From positions 1 through 8,685 of the forward strand of contig NW_002061093.1 in NCBI RefSeq assembly GCF_000150275.1: a stretch of DNA of 8,685 nucleotides, in the 5' to 3' direction. This DNA is from Trichoplax adhaerens. Its lineage: Eukaryota; Animalia; Placozoa. The notes below the pieces were generated by a model. The model was not told the DNA's origin. It searched no databases and was given only the letters and a program-made list of their open reading frames with translations. The position numbers and the translations under genes were made by a program. Positions 1 to 7,619 of the stretch are shown here, piece by piece; position 1 is the first letter of the stretch, and every line of letters begins with the position of its first letter.

Positions 1-960
1 TACATCATTCGAAATCATTTAACTCAAATACAGAATGGAATACNCTTTTTATTCAATCGTTATTGGTATACTGGCTTAATAATGTTAATTATTTTCACGT
101 TAGGATTCATCTTCAATTTAATAATTTTTATTTTGATTGTAAAAGTGGAAAAGATAAAGTCTTCTTCGGATATTCTCTTCTCGCACTTAGTAGTGTGCGA
201 TTTGCTCTGTTGCATACCGTATTTTTCTTACTGTATCATCGTATATGCAACTTATCCTTTAGGCTGGCCCGCAGCAATTTTAAATCCTGCTTGTAAAGTA
301 CTATATTTTGCAACAGCCGTAAGCTTTACTTTACATATTTTATCGTTGGTGTTGATCTCAATTGATAGATATAGAATAATTATTCATATAGCCAAGCCTT
401 CGTACAAAACTAGAACGATAGTCATCCAATTGGTTAGCATATGGATATTATCGGTCAGTTTTCCAGCAGTGTTTGTACAGGATACGATAGCAGACCCTCA
501 TTTTAAAGTTGTTTGTATATATTCTGAGCTACCAAATGGTCGAAGTTATTTAGGACTACTGTTTTCCAGCTATTTTATTTTTATTGGTTTTGTAGTATCT
601 GGTTCTGTAATCGTATATTGCCACTTCAGAGTTATAAAAAAATTACATAAAGTTGGAGTGATAATGAAAAAACGCTTCGGACATACTTATTCAGAACAGA
701 AAGATAAAGCACGAGCTATTAAGATGGTTACTTGTATTTCGATCTTATTTCTTATTTTGGCGTTATCATTAATTATGTTATTCACTCAGCAACTTTACAT
801 AGAGATTAATAGAGCAAACCTAACGAATCACGATTACGAACGTATAACGGTTTTCAATTTTTTTGTAACCGCTCTTCTTTTTCTTGCTCCTTTACATAAT
901 CCAGTTATCTATCTAATGAGGAAGAAAAGTCCGAAATATCTATTCCTTCGAAGAAAATAA
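1..960 (+). CDS. Intronless class A (rhodopsin-like) orphan GPCR, probably 5'-partial; first in-window in-frame ATG is at 82
   Basis: Seven hydrophobic segments. TM1 GFIFN, TM2 HLVVCDLL (LxxxD), Cys at the top of TM3 (ACK) plus an ECL2 Cys (VVC), TM3 SIDRY, TM4 W...P (IWILSVSFP), TM7 HNPVIY (NPxxY), basic C-tail. The frame has no stop from base 1 (YIIRNHLTQIQNGIXFLFNRYWYTGLI-M), so the true start may lie upstream of the window. Confidence 0.92.
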   Translation, partial: YIIRNHLTQIQNGIXFLFNRYWYTGLIMLIIFTLGFIFNLIIFILIVKVEKIKSSSDILFSHLVVCDLLCCIPYFSYCIIVYATYPLGWPAAILNPACKVLYFATAVSFTLHILSLVLISIDRYRIIIHIAKPSYKTRTIVIQLVSIWILSVSFPAVFVQDTIADPHFKVVCIYSELPNGRSYLGLLFSSYFIFIGFVVSGSVIVYCHFRVIKKLHKVGVIMKKRFGHTYSEQKDKARAIKMVTCISILFLILALSLIMLFTQQLYIEINRANLTNHDYERITVFNFFVTALLFLAPLHNPVIYLMRKKSPKYLFLRRK

Positions 961-1123
961 GACGCTTGTATTTACTTACTAATACAGTTACTGCAAACGT
1001 CATCCTATTATGACCTCTATTAATTCAATAGGATTATGCTATACCCAATAAGCACGTATTCAAAGATTGTTGACATATTTGGAAACCATACGAAATGGTG
1101 ACAGATTAGTAATTAAACTGTAA

Positions 1124-1129
1124 AATAAA
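1124..1129 (+). promoter_or_regulatory. Possible polyadenylation signal (AATAAA) for the GPCR
   Basis: AATAAA about 165 nt after the stop, followed by a T-rich stretch. The hexamer is common by chance in AT-rich DNA. Confidence 0.2.
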
Positions 1130-1272
1130 TAATTTTTTCTACGTGCGATTTAAGTGAATGAGCTAATGTCATTATAGCGTATATATTAGACACGAAATAA
1201 GCTAATTTTAAATAATGGATAAGGTTGAAAAACGTAAATTACATAGATGATATTAGTTCTCTTTCGGTCTTA

Positions 1273-3160
1273 CTGAAAACATTTACAATTGTGTTGTGTA
1301 TTGCTAATTTGGCTAAAATCTTAAATTAATAAAGAATTAGTTATCGGATTATTTATAACTAAGCAGTGTAAAGCTATCGCAGCGGTGTGTTTCTACATCA
1401 AAGGTTTGAATATATTACTAGACATGAAAATATCTATATGGCATTGTCACACACCACTAGTGACAAAGTAGTCTACACACGCCAATCCTTGCGGAGAACG
1501 CCACTTACTAACTTAAAGAGGCGAGATTAGCTATATCACCAAATAATTCAGTTCCAACGACCGAATACTATGGTATAATTATAGCGTCACAGATGATGTA
1601 GACGAGATAGTCAGAGATTTACTATCATTTATTACTGAAGGAATCTTGGCACCCAAGATTATAGTCTTTAGAATTAAATATCAATTGATAAACTAGCTGA
1701 CTATCTAACCGACTAACGAACTGTCACAAAACAGCTTTGCAACAAGATAACGTAATCTACGATCAATAAGTCAATTCCTTGAACCACGTATCAAGGAACG
1801 ATATCTGCACNNNNNNNNNNNNNNNNNNNNNNNNNNNNNNNNNNNNNNNNNNNNNNNNNNNNNNNNNNNNNNNNNNNNNNNNNNNNNNNNNNNNNNNNNN
1901 NNNNNNNNNNNNNNNNNNNNNNNNNNNNNNNNNNNNNNNNNNNNNNNNNNNNNNNNNNNNNNNNNNNNNNNNNNNNNNNNNNNNNNNNNNNNNNNNNNNN
2001 NNNNNNNNNNNNNNNNNNNNNNNNNNNNNNNNNNNNNNNNNNNNNNNNNNNNNNNNNNNNNNNNNNNNNNNNNNNNNNNNNNNNNNAATAGTCAGATTAC
2101 GATATGTCCTATCACGGAACATTTCCATGATAACTTACAATCTAGCATAAGTAAGTAAATTACAATCACAATGATTCGAATTGTAAGTAGATGATTTGCA
2201 TTCCCTATTATAACTATTAATTTCAGTATGTGTATAAGTGTCACTGTCATAAAAAGTCAGTGCGATATTAAAACACAGTATATCCAAATTAGAAGTTAAC
2301 TAAATAAGGATAGTCTAATAGAATTATCCTAACATAGATATTTCTACTGTAATACAGTATATAACACTGTAACACGAACTAAAAAGGAATGAACAGGCAT
2401 TTATATGTTAAGGTCAATCTTAACATATACACAACACGCGTAGCCTAGCATTATCGCTAAAATTTTAAAGTAGCTTCGCAGTGTACTTTATTTTTCGCAA
2501 AAATGTTTAATCTTCATGTCACAAACCAAATTCGTGATAAGGATAACGTAACATAAATCTCTAAATCTTTAAAAATCTACGGATTCAGTATCCTTACTCA
2601 CAATAACTTAGACGCCTTTGATTCTACGTTAAACTCAACTAGACAATTGAGAACTACTTTATTCCACTATCTGAAGGGCTTATATACCCTTCTACAGCAG
2701 CTAACATTCATGAGTCATCTTATAAAAAATACTTAGGTGAGAACATCCTATAACTAATATTTCACAGTCGGACTACAACATGTCCATTCACAGAATCATT
2801 TCAGTGCACATTACAGCACAGCATTAATTTACTGTAACAGATTTATAATTAGAGTAATTCCTATTGTAAGTAACTAGTTGTAATATATTATCTCTATATT
2901 ATATTCACCAAATTTAGATAGCTATTTCTTTACGGTAGTTCGTACCGTGATAGTTCACTAACTGAAAATAGAAATTTCCATATGTAATTTATTATGTTGT
3001 ATATTAAATTGCAATAAATTTGAGTAATTTCAAGTGCTGGAATGTGATTTTTCTGGTATACACCTAGACATACCCCAAAATGCGCACTTGGTGATTCAAT
3101 TATATCATATGTACCATTTTATTGGCTATGCAATCCATCGAATAACATGTACAGTTTTAC
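1273..3160 (+). pseudogene. Copy A: decayed LRR-containing GPCR (LGR-like) pseudogene spanning the N gap
   Basis: One frame contains (L)KTFTIVLCIANLA (1273, signal-like), SGVFLHQRFEYITRHEN (1381), PLTNLKRRD*LYHQI (1501-1545, matching LxxLxxLxLxxNxI) and RNLGTQDYSL*N*I (1639). A shifted frame gives ELSQNSFATR*RNLRSI (1718). Hinge remnant SCHKP at ~2514. TM7-like VPFYWLCNP (3111-3137) has the spacing of LGR PxNSxxNP. DNA at 2510-2880 has patchy similarity to 6610-7100. Confidence 0.65.
1811..2086. other. Assembly gap (276 N)
   Basis: Run of N. Confidence 0.99.
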
Positions 3161-3259
3161 TTATGATCAGCTGTCGTTTTATTGAATTATATAATACATA
3201 AAAAACTGTCATGCCGTAAGGTCATTTAGCAAAATGCCCAATTTCGCATCGGGCCTCGT

Positions 3260-4006
3260 TCAGGTCTCCTTAATCCTGTTGAGTCGGCCGTCTCGCTGTT
3301 TTAAGAAGATGTCGCGCGTTCCGTTCGCATATCCAACTCTGATTATAGCAGACCCGTTTATCTTCGGAGCATTAAAGAGTCGGCGATACTCGTTATATGT
3401 TTTTTTGTCAGCATCAATTACAATTAAATGTTTGGGCGAATCCATGTTCTCCAGAGCGGATTTGAAGCTTTTCCCTATGTATTGTTGGAGTACAGCATCT
3501 CCGGAAGATCGAGAATGATCTGCTTGACTGTGTTGTTCAGGGTTGCACCTCTTGAGCTTTGAAGGTGGTGAAGAAACTGAGATCGTTGAGATTCTTGTCG
3601 GACCCGAAGCTCGTGAAGATAGAGGCCAAGTTATACTTTCACGTACTCTCTCAGAAATGCTTTCCATCTGACAAATCGTTTTGAGGAGAGTCTTCAAAAT
3701 ATCAGGAGGTTAGAGGAGAGGTTCGAACTTAACTTTGAATTCTTTTCAGCAAGGACCCTCTGCTTCTCCGGGAAACTTCTCCGCTCTACAATGAGGGTAG
3801 AATTTGTCAATTTTACCAATAGTCTTCTTGGAGTTGCCTACGTGGTCTTTTCTGATGTTGTAGTTAAAGCCTTCGTTGAGCCAGGTGATTTGATGATTTT
3901 TTTGCTGAAGTTTCACTATCTTTTCCTGCAGATCTGAAAAGGTGAACTGCTTTTCTGTTTTTAGTTGATGAGAATAATTGGAATCGGCGTTTAGACGGTA
4001 ATGCAA
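3260..4006 (-). pseudogene. GC-rich island with a stop-interrupted ORF of unknown product
   Basis: ORFs 3746..4006 and 3260..3697 are in the same minus frame, separated by TGA (3748-3746) and TAA (3712-3710): ...AEGPC*KEFKVKFEPLL*PPDILKTLLK... Sampled 60-nt lines are 43-55% GC, against 22% at 2881-2940. An intact ATG-started ORF is possible from 3667 (MESISERV...). No recognisable domain. Confidence 0.5.
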
Positions 4007-4120
4007 TCAATGATACTGCACAACTATTTGTCATTGGCTTTAGAAACTGTTTAAATAGTAGTGGAGGTGTGTGGCAGTAAACTTCATGCATCATAAGCAC
4101 AAACAGATGCTTTTGCTGAT

Positions 4121-4317
4121 CAGCTTCTTAGAAAGGATGGCATTGATCCACATGAATTCAGTACAAGAACTAATTCGGTAGTCAAACTGGAAATTTGTAT
4201 GAACAATATAGTAAAATCACGTCTAACTTTATTTCATACATCCATTTTTCAACACTTAAGAAATACTTTTGATAATAGACTCGCTAAAAATTTTCATCAG
4301 GATTCTGTGGACGGCTA
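4121..4317 (+). repeat. Diverged direct repeat, paralogous to ~6147-6344 (LRR region of copy B vs copy C)
   Basis: 4135-4183 vs 6161-6209 match at 40/49 nt without gaps. Similarity continues to ttttcatca(g/c)gattctgt(g/a)ga(c/t)ggcta. Confidence 0.9.
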
Positions 4318-4996
4318 AAATTTTCTTTTAATGTATTGCTTCGTATAGAATCGAAAATTTACTAGCTTAATTAATCGTATCATTTCATAGTAGTTAGCTG
4401 CAATTGTTCAACGTCTTAGGATAGATTGAAAACCATTCGAAAGTATGGAAAGTTTCTTAAAGATTCATGGGAAAGTACTTTTGGTGACTTCATCAAACTA
4501 TAGTAGTAATGTATTTTGAAAGTGTAATACTTGAGTAATATTTATTAAAGCGTTACTACATGTGATGTAGAATTGTTTCTTGAACGTCACAAAGTAGTTG
4601 CAGATTATGGATAGCAAAATAAATTAAGTTAAAAATCCCTTTGTTACAATACGATAGCTTTCTAGTTCAAACAAATCCAATGCCAAAATAAATGAAGAGA
4701 TGAGTACAGTTTGCGGTTTCTTAGATCTAAAGTATAATAAACAAATATTGCTAACTGTAATAAAAATCAGGTACCTAAGTTTATAGAAATAGATTGTGAT
4801 AAATTTTTGTTCAAAGTATTACAAACGAATTAGTATTTCTTATTAAATTTCCTTTCATTGCATAAACTTGGTTTATCTAACAGTATTCATTCGGATATAA
4901 GTCAAGTTATTCTTGATTTTTGTAATATATCCTTTGAACAATTTACAATTGTGTGAGTTGATTTTACTTAGATCAGAATTGTAAGCCTGTGATACA

Positions 4997-5235
4997 TACC
5001 GATCACGAAATTCTAAATTTAAGAAAAATAAGGGCTTTATTGAATCTTATACAAAGATTAACTACACACAGCTCTACTCTAGCCGAATACTACTATAAAG
5101 ACTTCTAGAACGAACTAACAGAATAATCTAAAGTTGCATGCTTTTATACTTTACGTAGCATTCGTAGCTACAACCCGCATAGCAACCTTTTACCTTATTT
5201 TACACATAGTTAAATTATTCTTAGTAAGACTATTC
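4997..5235 (+). repeat. Diverged direct repeat, paralogous to ~8447-8685 (hinge/TM1 region of copy B vs copy D)
   Basis: Exact 22-mer ctacacacagctctactctagc at 5062 and 8512. 5140-5232 vs 8591-8683 match at 73/93 nt without gaps, including 5 purely synonymous third-position changes in the + frame. Confidence 0.93.
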
Positions 5236-5556
5236 TACTGCGGACCATCATTAATCCGATATGGATACGACTACAGTACTTACGTAGACATTATTCACAC
5301 CAGCCAAAGTACAATGAATTAACCATATCCTAATATATGATTTACAGTTCTATTTTTACCTATAGCCTTATTATTAAATTAACTCAACACCTTACTGTAT
5401 ATATAGTCATCTGTACTCTAACATAGAGTTTCTACCTCTACAGTCTATAGTTATAGCTACCAAATATCTCTACCATACTGTACATTATACTAAACATGGC
5501 TAACAGTCTACAATCACAATACTAGTTACATTACAGTACCGTTACAGTCCTATAGT

Positions 5557-7330
5557 ATTAAATCATTAATCTCTTTCTTAATCTGTCTTTTCGTTAAAAG
5601 CTGGGGTTTGGAAATTTACTATTGCTGCACTGTAAAGTTAACATAAGAATCTAGTTCTTGAGAAATTAAGTATATTTAATATTAACTAATTTATTAGAGT
5701 TTTACTATAGATTATGCTCTAGTATAAATATCTTACACTGTAATCACGAATAATAAAATGTAATATCGTGGCTAAAATATAGGTAATGTTAGGTCCGTTT
5801 AATTAACTAATTACTTCTAATTTTCATAGCTTTTGAGCAGTGTCCTACGATTTCAATACAGAAGACATTTTAGTACCATAAAGATGCACAATTTCAAGTG
5901 TCTTTATAAACCATAAATCATTACAAGTTTAATAGTTCTGATGAAAGTAGTAATTTAATAAGTAATGAAACAAATTCATTTCTTTGAATCGAAAGTTGTA
6001 TATTCTAGTATTGTACATTGCCCGTTACTTATAGAATGTTTAGATTATTATCTAGATTATGTACAGTATATAGTCTGCTAAACAAGTGATTACTGAAAAA
6101 AATTTATGAGATTAATAGAATTATTCTCATATAAATAGCATTATTGCAGCTTTGTTAAACGGATGGCATTAATCCATATCAATTCAGCACAGGCTCTAAT
6201 TTGTTAGTCTAATCAGTAATCCTTCTAAATAATATGATAAAATCAAATCTGCCTTCTCTTCATCCGTGGATTTCAAACACTTCCAATAATAATTTTGATT
6301 ACAAAATGTGATAAACTTTTTCATCACGATTCTGTAGATGGCTATACTGCAAAATTTATTTAACCGTGTTATTTTATAGTAGTAAACCAAAACAGTTAAA
6401 GAAGGTAGAACAGATTGCAAGCGACGTGAAAGTATTAAAATGCCTATGATAAAATCCTGTAGTAAAGGACTAAAAGTAGAGTCCTTTATAGCTTTTATTA
6501 TGTAACTAGTATTATTTTACTATACAAAATACCTAGAAAGTGATAGTATCTTTAAGTTTTACCCTGCCAAATCATCATGTCGCCATCTTTTCTTCTTCAT
6601 TATTTTACAATGTTGTCACAACCACGTTTTCTGTGACACAGGATCTCCTCTACTTATCGTGTAAAACTTAGCTAAGTACAGTACAATCCCGACACTGAAC
6701 AAGTGCTACTGGAACTACGCTTCCTATTAGAACACTAACTTCTCGGGTGTGGGACTACACTTCTTTGACCGTCACTAGGTTACTCGATTACACAAGTAGC
6801 TAAGTCTAGGCTTTTGAACAGATAACTATCGCTACAGTTTATTCTTTTCTATGCCTTTCTCCTCGTCCACATTACATCACAGTTAGCCTTTATATACTTT
6901 CTAAGATATTTACTATTTACATTAATCTCACGTAGGAGATCTCACAACCATAACCTACTATCCAGTAATAATCTTACAACACGACTACAAATCGTGTCAG
7001 CATAAACAACTCTCTAACACAAAGATTGCACAGCATCAATATTTATATTTCCCTAGTCTATCCTCCTATTCGAATACATACAAAATAACTAAGGACAGTT
7101 GATCATCAAAACACCTTACTAACAAACACCATAACACATCACTTTCCATCAATAACAAACACCGTAACACTTCTAACTCATCACGGCAAAAAGGTACCGT
7201 GACAAATGTATTTTATACATTACTATAGAAGTATCGCTAGAGCAATTGCCTAATCTAAAGAAAGGGCGTTTGATCGTCTATTCAAATTATAAATAAATTT
7301 GACTTGGTAACAAAACCCTATCCTTTGAGA
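5557..7330 (+). pseudogene. Copy C: near full-length decayed LRR-containing GPCR (LGR/RXFP-like) pseudogene
   Basis: Motifs in order: (I)KSLISFLICLFVKSWG signal-like (5557; ATT where ATG is expected); LRR remnants MHNFKCLYKP*IITSL (5884), GINPYQFSTGSNLLV*SVILLNNM (~6165) and VKVLKCL**NPV (~6426); hinge RHLFFFIILQCCHNHVFCDTGSPL/LSCK (6581-6665); NLT/VGDL (~6924, frameshifted); TM6-like KKVP*QMYFI (7188); TM7 NPIL* (7314-7328), in the same frame ~40 codons later. Confidence 0.72.
6147..6344 (+). repeat. Second copy of the 4121-4317 diverged repeat
   Basis: See 4121-4317; offset ~2026 nt. Confidence 0.9.
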
Positions 7331-7502
7331 AAGGGGATTTATGGTATGATAGTAAAGTACTGTAAGGTAGTCTATAATCGTACAGTTACCGTACAACCTG
7401 ACGCTAAAACATCAACTGTCAATACTCAGCGATACTAATGTCAGAAAAGTAGTCGTAATAGTCATATAAAATTTTTTGATAAGCGATTACTGTGATCTTC
7501 AT

Positions 7503-7555
7503 AAAATCCGGATTTTTGGGATTCAGATTCCGGAACCGGTCGGATTTATATCCGA
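7503..7555. repeat. Cluster of CCGG/TCCGA palindromes
   Basis: aaaatccggatttt (7503-7516, perfect 14-bp palindrome), ttccggaa (7528-7535), accggt (7535-7540), and hairpin tcggat-ttat-atccga (7540-7555). Confidence 0.8.
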
Positions 7556-7603
7556 TATAATTTTCCTGTATTAATTTATGTCCGATATAATTTTTCTGTT
7601 TTA
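7544..7603 (+). repeat. Tandem repeat, 2 x 30 bp
   Basis: atttatatccgatataattttcctgtatta / atttatgtccgatataatttttctgtttta, 27/30 identical. Confidence 0.92.
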
Positions 7604-7619
7604 ATTTTTGGATTTTTGT

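Larger units (their letters stand above)
4010..5410 (+). pseudogene. Copy B: decayed LRR-containing GPCR (LGR-like) pseudogene, likely 3'-truncated
   Basis: A single frame over ~800 nt carries LRR motifs: IDPHEFSTRTNSVVKLEICMNNI (within the stop-free stretch 4097-4318), VQRLRID*KPF (4406), FLDLKYNK (4718) and IRYLSL (4766). Then YKD(LL), TM1-like LHAFILYVAFVATTRI (5134; same spacing as LRxFIWxxAxxAxxGN), and TM2-like LFLVRL/STAD across a 1-nt frameshift (~5215-5245), followed by YVDII. Confidence 0.7.

Noticed and set aside
63-296. 77-aa alternate-frame ORF
   Set aside because: Overlaps the well-supported GPCR frame and has no independent features.
1763-2150. ORFs 1763..2128 (-) and 1779..2150 (+)
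   Set aside because: Artefacts of translating through the N gap.
3234-3518. 94-aa + strand ORF
   Set aside because: Probably the antisense shadow of the longer minus-strand frame in the GC-rich island.
4007-4219. Four more in-frame minus-strand TGAs that seem to extend a table-4 ORF
   Set aside because: They are TCA (Ser) triplets of copy B's + strand frame, and a TAA at 4042-4040 also interrupts.
5341-5403. TM7-like FTVLFLPIALLLN*LNTLLY in copy B
   Set aside because: Only ~55 codons after TM1. It would require a large internal deletion and cannot be assigned to a helix by eye.
6196-6420. Minus-strand ORF with a TM5-like pattern (VLPSLTVLVYYYKI)
   Set aside because: Lies antisense to LRR remnants of copy C. 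The frame is not preserved in the paralogous 4121-4317 block, and no other GPCR motifs flank it on the minus strand.
6463-6488. 9-bp stem hairpin taaaggact...agtccttta
   Set aside because: Isolated AT-rich inverted repeat compatible with chance; no terminator role is expected in this eukaryotic context.
1444-7204. Recurrent TGTCAC-N9-14-GTGA(C/T)A inverted motif (1445, 2517, 6614, partial ~7181) as a regulatory site or LTR end
   Set aside because: Spacers vary, the arms are far too close for LTR termini, and the 2517 and 6614 instances are explained by homologous Cys-His...Cys-Asp hinge codons.
7544-7603. 30-bp repeat as a CRISPR array
   Set aside because: Two abutting units, no spacers, no cas genes, eukaryotic context.
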